This document shows, in pieces, positions 15,352 through 33,945 of a stretch of DNA of 64,000 nt (its first letter is position 1; the number at the start of each line of letters is the position of its first letter). The notes beneath the pieces were generated by a model. The model was given only the letters and a program-made list of their open reading frames with translations, ran no database searches and had not been told where the DNA came from. This DNA is from Eledone cirrhosa (taxonomy: Eukaryota). Location: NCBI GenBank assembly GCA_964016885.1, contig OZ024741.1, positions 158,844,001 to 158,908,000 on the forward strand, read 5' to 3'. The position numbers and the translations under genes were made by a program.

Positions 15352-16033
15352 CTATTCTCAGCTAAGTTCCCAGGCAATGCGCGGACACTAGGAACCCATA
15401 TAAAAATAATAATTCAGTGGATGGAAAAAAGCTACTGGGGACTAGATTCCAGGGCACTGAAAAAATTCACTGCCTACTTGGTCAGTGGCAAATTCTAAAG
15501 AATCAATCACGTGACACTGAGGTTAATCAGTGAGGAGTGGGGTGGTATAAAGACAAGAGCCTAACTACTACCATGAACCATAGCAGTAAATTAAGTAAGT
15601 TAATTTTTAAAATTTTCTTATTTTACGTCTTTCATATAATTGTTCTGCATCCCCCTGCATAAAACCACAAAGGTACTAAGACATAACACATATATATTTG
15701 CTAGCATGGGTATACATCTGTATACATATGTTGGTAGATATACTAATTCTCTATATTTATCTCCAAATTATTTGTTGAACAAAACTTGCCGAAATTTACT
15801 GCTATGGTTCATGGTAGTAGTTAAGCTCTTGTCTTTATACCACCCCACTCCTCACTAATTAACCTCAGTGTCACGTGATTGATTCTTTAGAATTTGCCAC
15901 TGACCAAGTAGGCAGTGAATTTTTTCAGTGCCCTGGAATCTAGTCCCCGGTAGCTTTTTTCCATCCACTGAATTATTATTTTTATATGGGTTCCTAGTGT
16001 CCGCGCATTGCCTGGGAACTTAGCTGAGAATAG

Positions 16034-16115
16034 ACTCCCTGATGACATAAGGACTTCTCTATAGTTGCGTTGCGTAACTATATTTATTCCCTTACAGAAA
16101 CTAATTAGTTGGAGT
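16034..16115 (+). ncRNA. Type I hammerhead ribozyme with extended stem II
   Basis: Stem I ACTCC/GGAGT; CTGATGA at 16039-16045; stem II TAAGG...TATAGTTGCG/CGTAACTATA...CCTTA; GAAA at 16097-16100; palindromic stem III CTAATTAG; GUU triplet. Confidence 0.65.
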
Positions 16116-16277
16116 GAAAATTTTAGTAAGTAAGTTAATTTTAAAATTTTCTTGTTTTACGTCTTTCATATAATTGTTCTGCATCCCCCTGCATAGAACC
16201 AGAAAGGTTCTAAGACATAACACATATATATTTGCTAGCATGGGTATACATCTCTATACATGTTGGTAGATATACTA

Positions 16278-19440
<3,163 letters not shown>

Positions 19441-19699
19441 CAATCCTTAGAATTTACTGTATAGAATTCACTTTCAAGCTTGACCGGCTCCACCCACTCC
19501 ATTGTTCTGCAGGCAAGTTCAGCCACCCCACCTCCTACCCACTGCCATGAAAGATTTAATTGTGTTTACAAGAAATTTTGACCAATCCTTTTGACAACTA
19601 CAATCTACCCATACAACAACTACAATGATGGGGCCCACCCACAGCCAGGGAATTACCCCTTGAATAGTTTGGCTATTTATTATCATGCTAAAAATTCTA

Positions 19700-21863
19700 A
19701 TTTAGTTCTTAATGATGACGGCGTACTTGCCATCACCGACGCTGATAAGAAGGTAGCTTGGAAGTGTCACTATGAAAGTCTACTAAATGAGGAAAATAAA
19801 TGGGAGAAAGACAGTCTCCCCCACATCGACCCAATAGAGGGACCAGCAGTGTTAGTCAAGGGTAGTATAATAAGTAAGGCAATCAAGGATATGAAGACGG
19901 GTAAGGTGGCTGGGCCTTCGGAAATAGTTGCTGAGATGCTGAAGGCATCTGGCACGGTGGGACACACCATGGTCACCCGGATAGTTAACCAAGTCGTACA
20001 GAATGGGGTTGTTCCGAAGGACTGGCATAGCAGCATCATCGTTAACTGTTATAAGGGTAAAGGAGATGCCCTAGATAGGAGTAACTATAGAGGCATTAAA
20101 TTAATCGACCAGGTCATGAAGGTCACGGAAAAAGTAATAGCACAACTAATCAGAGAGAGAATTAACCTAGATGAAATGCTGTTCGGGTTTGTTTCAGGCA
20201 AAAGTACCACAGACGCTCTTTTCATTGTACGTCAACTACAGGAGAAGTACCTAGCTAAAGGTAAACCCCTCTACTTAGCTTTTGTCGACTTGGATAAAGC
20301 CTTCGACAGAGTCCCCCGTTCCATTATCTGGTGGGCCCTTAGAAAACTAGGTGTCGACGAATGGCTTGTGAGAGCTATACAAGCCATGTATAAAGAAACA
20401 GTCAGCAAGGTTAGAATTAACAACGAATATAGTGAAGAGTTTAGCGTAAAAGTTGGTGTCCATCAGGGCTCTGTTCTCAGCCCCCTACTATTTATTATTG
20501 CCCTTCAGGCTATAACAGAGGAGTTCAAGACCGGCTGCCCATGGGAACTCCTATACGCAGACGACCTGACACTCATAGCTGAATCAATGTCCGAGCTAGA
20601 GAAGAAATTCCAAACATGGAAGCACGGCCTAGAATCAAAAGGCCTTAAAATTAACCTGGCTAAGACTAAAGTTCTAGTTTGTAGGAAAGAAAATAAGGCA
20701 GCGGTCCCTTCCGGGAAATGGCCATGCTCAGTGTGTAGGAAAGGCGTAGGTAGAAACTCCATTTTATGTCCCAAATGCAAAGTATGGGTGCATAAAAGAT
20801 GTAGTGGGATCACAGGTAAGCTAACTAAGTAGCAGCAAGTGCCCACAAAATACTAGCTCTTACAACTGCGCAGAGGGCTCTATAGAAATAGTGGACAGCT
20901 TCCGTTACCTGGGTGACAAAATCAGCAGTGGGGGAGGGTACTCTGAAAGTACAGTAGCTAGAGTCAGAACTGGATGGAAAAAGTTCAGAGAGCTTATACC
21001 ACTATTAGCCGCTAAAGGGTTCTCCCTGAAAATGAAAGGCAGGTTGTATGATGCCTGCATACGAACAGCAATGTTGCATGGCAGTGAGACCTGGGCATTG
21101 TGTGCAGAGGATATACGCAGACTAGAGAGGAACGAAGCTTGCATGCTCCGCTGGATGTGTAATAGTAATATACGTGAACGGCAAAGCATAAACGAACTAA
21201 GGAAAAAATTAGAAATAAGAGGGATCAGATGTTGTTTACTCGAGAGAAGGCTACGTTGGTATGGACACGTGATGCGCATGAAAGTCGATAGCTGTATAAC
21301 AAAGTGCAGGGCAATAAAGATAGACGGTAGCCACGGAATAGGCAGACCTAGAAAATCCTGGGATGAGCTGATAAACTCCGACCTCACACACTTACACCTC
21401 TCCAAGACAATGTCACTGGACCGAGACCTTTGGCGGTACTCAGTAATAGAGAAGACCCGCCTTACCTAAATACATAGTAAAACCTACTACAGCCAGTAGG
21501 CATCTCTAACAAAATACACCCCCGTCTCACCACCCCCACTCCATCCACACCACCCCCTCCTATGTAAAGTTATGTTGGTGCCACACCATCCAGGCCGAAA
21601 CAAATGAGATCGTGTAGGTGTCACGACAAAAAAACACACAGTCCACGCTGTAATGTGGCCGTGTAGGCAACACGGTAAAAACCTCCCAGACCCACACTGT
21701 AAACGTGGTTGGTGTTAGGAAGGGCATCCAACTGTAGAAAACCTGCCAGACAGTCCTATGCGAGCAAGACAATCACTCTTGCCTCAAGTGGGAAAACCCC
21801 CGTCCAAACCCATGCAAGCGTGGAACACGGACGTTAAATGTTGATGATGATGATGATGATGAT
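19700..21863 (+). mobile_element. 5'-truncated RTE-clade LINE, copy 2 (full RT domain, frameshifted)
   Basis: ORFs 19591-20832 and 20891-21469 contain [30 protein letters not shown] and YADD. Highly similar to copy 1, with a 41-bp deletion at 20829/20830 and a (GAT)n tail. Confidence 0.93.
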
Positions 21864-21886
21864 ATATATATATATATATATACATA

Positions 21887-21966
<80 letters not shown>

Positions 21967-22092
21967 CATATTAAGATAAGCAGAACAAGCAAAATTCAAC
22001 CAATTAAATCATAGACAACCTATATATTTCTAGGGGTACTTAGTACCCATGGGCATATTAACTTCTTTTATATATATACATATATATATATA

Positions 22093-22138
<46 letters not shown>

Positions 22139-22166
22139 CATATATATATGTATATATATATATATA

Positions 22167-22358
22167 TCCAGTTCTGCGTTTACAGATTGACTTTCTTAGT
22201 TTCATAAGATCCCGTTAAGGGTGAAAGCAGCGATAATTTGCTTAAACTTTAATCTGTTATTTTAATAAATATTTGCTCTACGGTTCTTATATATTTGATA
22301 TATATTTATCCTTATCGAGCCCTCTTTGGATTTTAGTCTCCAAATTTATTATTATTAC
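22167..22358 (+). mobile_element. ~190-bp insert in (TA)n; same family as 24958-25204 but without the inverted arm
   Basis: Near-identical to 25015-25204 (agttctgcgtttacagattgacttt...ttggattttagtct). Confidence 0.75.
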
Positions 22359-22446
<88 letters not shown>

Positions 22447-22465
22447 CATACACATATATATATAT

Positions 22466-22533
<68 letters not shown>

Positions 22534-22536
<3 letters not shown>

Positions 22537-22726
22537 GGAACCAGTAAGACCCCGACAGCTGAGCTCAAGCCGTTTCGACGGCTAATTCTGGACAGAATTA
22601 GCCGTCGAAACGGCTTGAGCTCAGCTGTCGGGGTCTTACTAGTTCCTATTACCCACTCTACTACCTCAAGTATTGAGTACTTTGGTGCGTTATGGTCCTC
22701 CTGGTTCCTTACCACATTTCCTTCGT

Positions 22727-22728
<2 letters not shown>
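22534..22728. mobile_element. GC-rich hairpin insert (57-bp arms, 2-nt loop) plus 79-bp tail
   Basis: ggaaccagtaagaccccgacagctgagctcaagccgtttcgacggctaattctg-ga-cagaattagccgtcgaaacggcttgagctcagctgtcggggtcttactagttcc, with one mismatch. Confidence 0.85.
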
Positions 22729-22758
<30 letters not shown>

Positions 22759-22867
22759 TATATACATATATATATACATATATATATATACATATATATA
22801 TATACATATATATATACATATATATATATACATATATATATATACATATATATATACATATATATAC

Positions 22868-22944
<77 letters not shown>

Positions 22945-23046
22945 CATATATATATATATACATATATATATGTATATATATATGTATATATACATATATA
23001 TATACATATATATATACTATATATATATATATACATATATATATAC

Positions 23047-23099
<53 letters not shown>

Positions 23100-23150
23100 C
23101 ATATACATATATATATATATATATATACATATATTACGTATATATATGTT

Positions 23151-23183
<33 letters not shown>

Positions 23184-23184
23184 G

Positions 23185-23303
<119 letters not shown>

Positions 23304-23316
23304 GTATATATATATG

Positions 23317-23375
<59 letters not shown>

Positions 23376-23388
23376 GTATATATATATG

Positions 23389-23420
<32 letters not shown>

Positions 23421-23422
<2 letters not shown>

Positions 23423-23542
23423 GGAACCAGTAAGACACCGACGGCTGAGCTCAAGCCGTATCGACGGCTAATTCAGGACTCATTAGTCCTGAATTAGTCG
23501 TCGAAACGGCTTGAGCTCAGCCGTCGGTGTCTTACTGGTTCC

Positions 23543-23544
<2 letters not shown>
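23421..23544. mobile_element. Second hairpin insert of the same family (4-nt loop, no tail)
   Basis: taggaaccagtaagacaccgacggctgag...ttcaggact-catt-agtcctgaa...ctcagccgtcggtgtcttactggttccta. Confidence 0.85.
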
Positions 23545-23578
<34 letters not shown>

Positions 23579-23579
23579 C

Positions 23580-23622
<43 letters not shown>

Positions 23623-23629
23623 TATATAC

Positions 23630-23786
<157 letters not shown>

Positions 23787-23798
23787 CATATATATACA

Positions 23799-23836
<38 letters not shown>

Positions 23837-23848
23837 CATATATATACA

Positions 23849-23886
<38 letters not shown>

Positions 23887-23911
23887 CATACATATATATA
23901 TATATATATAT

Positions 23912-23956
<45 letters not shown>

Positions 23957-23973
23957 TATATATATATATAGAT

Positions 23974-24018
<45 letters not shown>

Positions 24019-24024
24019 TATATT

Positions 24025-24058
<34 letters not shown>

Positions 24059-24061
24059 CAT

Positions 24062-24113
<52 letters not shown>

Positions 24114-24140
24114 GTATATATATATATAAACATATATATA

Positions 24141-24670
24141 CGTAATCTGAGTTTTTCGAATATTAATAATAACATTTGATTCGTTTGAAATTATGCAAAC
24201 GAGCCTCATTTTTATACAGGAAACTGACTGGCGAGTCTGCTGATCTGGCCGATCAGTCACTGTATATTTTAGAAAATAGCATATATTCTACTGTAGAATG
24301 AACCCTTCATTCTTGGTGTTGGCATGTAAACAGAACTGCAGACACTAATGTTTCTGGGTATCACCCTTCATCAGTACAGCTCACTGTTCACCTGCCAACA
24401 GTCAGAGCTATTGAAAATATATGCTATTTTCTAAAATACACAGTGACTGATCGGCCTGATTTGCATATCAGCAGACTGGCTGATCAGTCAGATCTGCATA
24501 TTAGCAGATCCACTGATCAGCCAGATTTGCATATCAGTAGACTGGCCAGTCAGTTTCTTGTATAAAAATGAGGCTTGTTTGCATAATTGCAAACGAATCG
24601 AACGTTATTATTAATATTCAAAAAACTCAGATTACATTTATTGTATTCAGCCATCTAGAGCGAACATTTA
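24141..24670. mobile_element. Fold-back element with a hammerhead core in the loop region
   Basis: Left arm 24141-24286 pairs with ~24416-24636; the right arm is expanded by short gatttgcatatcagcagac repeats. Short tail to ~24670; (TA)n flanks. Confidence 0.8.
24335..24380 (-). ncRNA. Minimal type I hammerhead ribozyme (slightly degenerate)
   Basis: Minus strand reads GCTGTA CTGATGA A-GGGT-GAT-ACCC-A GAAA CATTAGTG TC TGCAGT. GUC triplet; A/A mismatch at the base of stem II. Confidence 0.6.
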
Positions 24671-24688
24671 TATATATTTATATATATA

Positions 24689-24874
24689 TAAATCACTCTT
24701 CCTGTCTCATTATACATATATATATATATATATAAATCACTCTTTCCCTCTCATTATACATATATATATATATATATATATAAATCACTCTTTCTCTCTC
24801 ATTATACATATATATATAAATCACTCTTTCTCTCTCATTATACATATATATATATAAATCACTCTTTCTGTCTC

Positions 24875-24911
<37 letters not shown>

Positions 24912-24930
24912 CACTCTTTCCCTCTCACTA

Positions 24931-24957
<27 letters not shown>
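24689..24957 (+). repeat. Minisatellite of a ~24-bp unit plus variable (TA)n (6 copies); related array at 25621-25765
   Basis: Unit aaatcactctttctctctcattata followed by (TA)n. Confidence 0.85.
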
Positions 24958-24962
<5 letters not shown>

Positions 24963-25201
24963 TTAAAATAACAGATTAAAGTTTAAGCAAAGAATCGCTG
25001 CTTTTTTGAAATATCTAGTTCTGCGTTTACAGATTGACTTTGTTAGTTTCAGAAGATCCCGTTAAGGGTGAAAGCAGCGATTCTTTGCTTAAACTTTAAT
25101 CTGTTATTTTAATAAATATTTGCTCTACGGTTCTTATATATTTGATATATATTTTCTTTATCGAGCCCTCTTTGGATTTTAGTCTTCAATTTTATTATTA
25201 T

Positions 25202-25204
<3 letters not shown>
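24958..25204. mobile_element. Fold-back element with right-side tail
   Basis: tttattaaaataacagattaaagtttaagcaaagaatcgctgcttt (~24959-25004) is the reverse complement of ~25071-25116; tail to 25204. Confidence 0.8.
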
Positions 25205-25233
<29 letters not shown>

Positions 25234-25236
<3 letters not shown>

Positions 25237-25551
25237 AAAGAATAGAGGTGTAACACACAAGTTATGATATATTGGTAAACGGAAAAGAAAATGCTGACAA
25301 ATTGTTCACAGTGAAAAATAGTTTAATTAGGAATAAGTGAGAATTAGTAATAGTATTATTACTAATCAGATTAGAGCAAACATCACAGACGCTCTATCTC
25401 AAAATTATTTTTGAAAAGCATTAGAAATGCGCAACTGGTAAAACTTAAAACCAAAACTGAATACTAACCAATACTATTACTAATTCTCACTTATTCCTAA
25501 TTAAACTATTTTTCACTGTGAACAATTTGTCAGCATTTTCTTTTCCGTTTA

Positions 25552-25558
<7 letters not shown>
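25234..25558. mobile_element. Fold-back element containing the 167-bp unit found three times at 12487-13737
   Basis: Arm atattggtaaacggaaaagaaaatgctgac...agtaatagtatt (~25267-25357) pairs with ~25470-25558. The unit starts at 25390, with a short tail on the left. Confidence 0.85.
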
Positions 25559-25625
<67 letters not shown>

Positions 25626-27084
25626 TCTTTCTCTCTCATTATATATATATATATATATCACTCTTTCTCTCTCATTATATATATATATATATCACTCTTT
25701 CTCTCTCATTATATATATATATATATATATATATATCATTATATCTCTCATTATACATATATATATATGGGGTGTTCAGGTAGAGAGAATAGTTTTGTGT
25801 CTGGCATCTGCATCCTTAGGGATGGACGAGTACACTAGTTCTCACTTTTGGCTTTAAGACCTTTTCCAGCCACACCTGGTAACTTTTGTTGCTGGCACCA
25901 CAAAGCATTTCAAAGGTCCATTGAAATACCATGATAGACACACAATTAAAAAACAATACGCCACATTAACCAAGGCCTGGAAAACCAATGTCCATACTTT
26001 CCACTGCTATTTGTCAGGGTGGAGATTATTAATGTGCAACTGAGATGACAACAACAATATCAATGACACATACATCAGCAACAATGAACCTTTCCAAAGA
26101 TGCAGAATGCCTGCACTCAGTATGTTTGTGGAAGGATGAAAAAACTTACACACAAACTTGCCATATACACAAGGGATATCAAAGGGCTGGCTAAAATCAG
26201 GTAGACTGGATTTGGGAAAACAATTACAGATGACGGCTACACACTGAGATACAGTAAGATAAACCACTGTTTTGGTTTGTTGAGGTTTTACACAGTACAA
26301 CACCAAGAAGGGGTGTGTGAGAAATAACACTAAGTGTAAGGTTTATAACTATATTAAATGGATAAGGTGCTTGGTTGGATGTGGTGGTGAAGAGGTGATC
26401 ATAATGACATTGATTGTTTGGAGGGGAGGGTCAGCAGTAATGAAAATGCTGGAAGTGATGGTGGTTGTGTTTATTGTGGGTTAAATTATTGGTGAGATTC
26501 TGTAAGAATTGTGTAATTTTTTTAATATATATTTTTCACTTTTTTTTTTATGTATTGTTTTACAAACCTTCACTGGACGCTAAAATGTTGAAACAAAAAA
26601 ATAAAGAAAAATGTTTAACTGAAGTTGAATTGTATAACATCAACATAGATTGGGTAAGAAAAAATGTACATACATGTTATATGTGTACAGATTAGTTTGG
26701 AACACTTCTACATACCTTAATCTATTGTCTAATTTATTAGAAATTTCATGCTAACGTATATGAAAGTGCAATACAAATTTCTCAAGACATGATTTTACTA
26801 AAAAAAATTTTTAAATATAGGATTTTATGAGAAACGTTTCTTGAAAACATGATTTTAGAAAATGTAATTTTATAACACAGATAAACTTCATAAAACAAGA
26901 TTTATAAAACATAACTTCAAAACACATAATTTTATAACACAATATTCAAAGTGAGAATATAATTTCCATAGAATCTGGAGAAATAATGACAGTTGTTTTG
27001 TGAGATTCAATTTGCTTCAATGAAAAAAAAAAAAAGTAATTAATTGCTGTAATTTATAACATAATTGTAGGCATTGATATAGGA

Positions 27085-27298
27085 GCAGACATGGCTATGT
27101 AGTTAAAAAGTTTGTTTCACAATCATCTTGGGTTCTGGCACACTGTGTGGAATACTTGGCATGATGTCTTCAACTATCATCTTGGACAGACCAATATTTG
27201 TGAGTGAATTTAGTAAATAGAAACTGTAAGGAAGCCTGTGTGTGTATATCATCATCATCATCATCATTTTACGTTCGCTTTTCCCTGCTTGCAAGGGT
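27085..27298 (+). mobile_element. Family-B SINE head followed by an inverted RTE-type tail fragment
   Basis: gacatggctatgtagtt...gtgagtgaatttagtaaatagaaactgtaaggaagcc, then (CAT)n-ttttacgttcgcttttccctgcttgc. Confidence 0.6.
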
Positions 27299-27377
<79 letters not shown>

Positions 27378-27383
<6 letters not shown>

Positions 27384-27603
27384 AGTTGATGAAAGTTCGT
27401 TGATCAAATAATCTGCTGACTTGTTCATAAATCGACATAAAGCACTCAACGGTTTGTATTCCCTAGAATTTTCTCTGTAAGGATTCACCCGGAGTCTTAG
27501 TATAATAAATAAAGAGACGGCTTCATTCGTACATCTTCATTTTATTATCTAATAGATAATAAAATGAAGATGTACGAATAAAACCGTCTCTTAATTTATT
27601 ATA
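27378..27603. mobile_element. Hairpin insert (~51-bp arms, centre at 27552) with ~120-bp left tail in (TA)n
   Basis: tataataaataaagagacggcttcattcgtacatcttcattttattatcta-a-tagataataaaatgaagatgtacgaataaaaccgtctcttaatttattata. Confidence 0.8.
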
Positions 27604-27703
<100 letters not shown>

Positions 27704-27795
27704 TATATATATATATATTCATATATATATATATATATATACATATATTCATATATATATATATACATATATTCATATATATATATATATATATA

Positions 27796-27852
<57 letters not shown>

Positions 27853-27884
27853 AGATCAAAAGATGGTTAAAGGAGTTCAATATA

Positions 27885-27951
27885 TTTTATTATGCGCATT
27901 TCAAAAACAAACATCATCAAATAATAATATTTGTGTTTTCATCAGATAAAA
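27885..27951 (-). ncRNA. Minimal type I hammerhead ribozyme (inverted arm)
   Basis: Reverse complement of 28084-28150. Confidence 0.7.
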
Positions 27952-28083
27952 CAGGAGAACATGATATGAAGGCTAAAAAAACACTTGTTGATAGTGCAGT
28001 TTTAAATCAACATATCAACATATGTTGATTTAAAACTGCACTATCAACAAGTGTTTTTTTAGCCTTCATATCATGTTCTCCTG

Positions 28084-28150
28084 TTTTATCTGATGAAAAC
28101 ACAAATATTATTATTTGATGATGTTTGTTTTTGAAATGCGCATAATAAAA
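28084..28150 (+). ncRNA. Minimal type I hammerhead ribozyme
   Basis: Stem I TTTTAT/ATAAAA; CTGATGA at 28090-28096; stem II ACAAATATTA/TGATGTTTGT; GAAA at 28133-28136; palindromic stem III TGCGCA; AUA triplet. Confidence 0.75.
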
Positions 28151-28276
28151 TATATTGAACTCCTTTAACCATCTTTTGATCTTATATTATGCATACTCCA
28201 GTCCCACAAACTGTAGAGTGCTTCTTATCCGATATCTGCATTGCTTTATTGTACTACAATAAAACTCACCTCCTAC

Positions 28277-31015
<2,739 letters not shown>

Positions 31016-31349
31016 ACCAATACATCGAAGTATATACTATGCCTGTGTGTGTGCTTTTTTGTTGACACATACTTACAAATATATGTATGTAGGTATATGT
31101 GTGTGCACATGCATACGTGTATTTGAATATGTGTATAACTGTATAATAATACACGTGAAATTTCAGGCAAGAAGTAACAGTATTTGGACTATTCCAAGAA
31201 CAGGCAGAGGAAATTGAAGTGTAAAGGAGATATGTAAAGGAATAGAATTTGTAATAACAATAAACATGTCATGCTATAAAGATAACAACAAGATAAACCT
31301 AAAAGATGGAGGCTGAGTGGAGTTACTCAGTCAAATATATGTAAGATTT

Positions 31350-31379
31350 AGGTATATGTGTTTGTGTATGTATTCATGC

Positions 31380-31420
<41 letters not shown>

Positions 31421-31680
31421 CATACACACACACATATACATATGTGTGTATGTATGTATGTATGTATGTATATGTGTTTGTGTGTGTATTCATGCATATA
31501 AATATATATATATGTATATACATACACACACATATACATATGTGTATATGTATGTATGTATATGTGTTTGAGTGTGTATTCATGCATATAAATATATATA
31601 TATATATGTATATATACATACACACACACGCATATACATATGTATATATATGTATGTGTGTGTGTTTGTGTGTGTATTTG
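31350..31680. repeat. ~118-bp triplicated compound microsatellite
   Basis: gtatatgtgtttgtgtgtgtattcatgcatataaatatatat... recurs at ~31352, ~31468 and ~31558. Confidence 0.7.
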
Positions 31681-32542
31681 TGTTACAGAATGTTTACTAA
31701 TTGGTAGCTGGAGCTGTGATTGTGTTACTCCAATCAGCAAATCATGGTGTAATAAGGGAAGAGCACTCAACATCATATGTATCCTGCAATTTTTATGTGG
31801 CATCACATGGGCAGTACAGGGCAAAGTTTATATACTGTAATAATGAAATACAAAGGCTAGGTTTCCATAACTTCTTTTATTATGTAGTTAGCCACTTTCA
31901 ATGTTGTTATTCTAAAAGTCTCTCTCCAGGGCCTTAGAAACGAATTACATGATTAAATGGCCACAAGGAAAAACTTATAGTGAATATAAATTTATATTTG
32001 AATACTTTATTCGTACTCCTATTTGGTTTCAAAAACTTGACAATGTTTACAAGTCATTTGCATTGACTGACAGGGCTATATTTATTCATAAGACTGACTA
32101 GGCTGAAGTCTAGCTGTTCCATGTAGATTGAAGGTCCTGCATGCACTTGAGTGAAACTTAGGGACTTTGCATGTACTAGAGGCCAATCAATTTTTTGGCC
32201 GAGGTACTGTTACCTGTGCCCTAAGCTAAAAGGAGCTTGACATATGTGAAAGCTTAGAGTAGGGGCCCAGTCATGGGTTAATACAGCCCAGTTGAGTAAG
32301 TGTAAAATTATTCAAACACTAAAGCAATAAACCAAATTAAGACATATACTAAACACATGCAAATACATATTCACATCCATGCTATATACACACACACACA
32401 CACACACACACATACATTCATACACACACAGGTACATTCATGCATGTGCGCATGCACACACACATATACACTGAAAGAGAACAGCTTTTGTTGAACTCAG
32501 TGTGTAAATAATCACACACACAGGAGTATATATATATATATA

Positions 32543-32775
32543 TTTGAAAATATGAGAATGCTAAATGCAGAAAATAAATGTAATAACAGTCCATTGCTAT
32601 AAATAATAACTGAGAAAATTGGGTAAAATACCCCTACAGACAGAAAAAGGGGTATTTTATATGATTTTGTCAGTTATTATTTATGGCAATTTACTGTTAT
32701 TGCAGTTATTTTCTGCAGTAAGGATTCCCACATTTTCAAATTTCACACCTCCCAATTCTTCAATAATTCATGAGG
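32543..32775. mobile_element. Older imperfect fold-back element (family shared with 40715-40972)
   Basis: tttgaaaatatgagaat...taaaatacccct / aggggtatttta...attcccacattttcaaa, plus a short tail; TA flanks. Confidence 0.65.
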
Positions 32776-32808
32776 TATATATATATTATATATATATATA
32801 TTCATGTA

Positions 32809-32837
<29 letters not shown>

Positions 32838-32841
<4 letters not shown>

Positions 32842-33592
32842 CAACTAGAAGTAGATTGACACATATATATATATAAAATCAACACATGAAACAATCTCAG
32901 GGAATAATTTGTAAAGTGTGTAAGCACACATTGCTAGGTACGTAACTAATTAAAGTTTAACTAGAACTTCAAATATAGATACCTTTTAAAATATATATCT
33001 ATATTTGAATATTAGATACCTTTTAAAATATCTATATATATCTATATTTGAATATTAGATACCTTTTAAAATATATATATATATATATAAAGGTGTCACG
33101 ACAAAAAAACACACAGTCCACGCTGTAATGTGGCCGTGTAGGCAACACGGTAAAAACCTCCCAGACCCACACTGTAAATGTGGTTGGTGTTAGGAAGGGC
33201 ATCCAACTGTAGAAAACCTGCCAGACAGTCCTATGCGAGCAAGACAATCACTCTTGCCTCAAGTGGGACTACCCCCGTCCAAACCCATGCAAGCGTGGAA
33301 CACGGACGTTAAACGTTGATGATGATGATGATGATATTATATATTTTAAAAGGTATCTATATTTGAAGTTCTAGTTAAACTTTAATTAGTTACGTACCTA
33401 GCTATGTGTGCTTAAACACTTTACAAATTATTCCCTGAGATTGTTTCATGTGTTTATTTTATATATATATATATGTGTCAAACTATTTCTAGTTGATATA
33501 AAATGCTCACATCTATTCATTGGAATCTTTGAGCTTATTCTGCAGTGAATATGGCGCATGTCTCTCAGACATGATTACCTTAAATTAATTTT

Positions 33593-33594
<2 letters not shown>
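32838..33594. mobile_element. Fold-back element (~160-bp arms, ~95-bp tail) with an RTE 3' fragment in its centre
   Basis: 32838-32997 is the reverse complement of ~33340-33500; tail to 33594. Confidence 0.8.
33091..33335 (+). mobile_element. RTE LINE 3' UTR fragment
   Basis: Near-identical to 21616-21863, ending in (GAT)n. Confidence 0.9.
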
Positions 33595-33645
<51 letters not shown>

Positions 33646-33945
33646 TACATATATATACATATATACATATATATACATATATATACATATATACATATAT
33701 ATACATATATACATATATATACATATATATACATATATATACATATATATACATACATATATATATACATATATACATACATATATATATATATATATAC
33801 ATACATATATATATATACATATATACATACATATATATATATACACATATATGTATGTACATAGTTACACATGCACATACACACACGCATGTGCACACTC
33901 ACACATACAGATCACACACACATATGTATGTATATGTATACATGC
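33595..33945. repeat. (TA)n/(TACA)n microsatellite
   Basis: Direct reading. Confidence 0.9.

Larger units (their letters stand above)
27845..28276 (+). mobile_element. Perfect-looking 170-bp-arm palindrome (6-nt spacer) plus 86-bp tail, with a hammerhead in each arm
   Basis: 27845-28014 is the reverse complement of 28021-28190; tail at 28191-28276; (TA)n flanks. Confidence 0.9.

Noticed and set aside
25045-25085. cagaaga-tccc-gttaa-gggt-gaaa hammerhead-like motif (also at ~22203)
   Set aside because: The core is CAGAAGA/CATAAGA rather than CUGANGA in both copies, and stems I and III are not evident.
25770-26340. Non-repetitive, moderately GC-rich stretch, possibly an old LINE or UTR
   Set aside because: No recognisable motif or consistent frame on either strand; it cannot be assigned without a database search.
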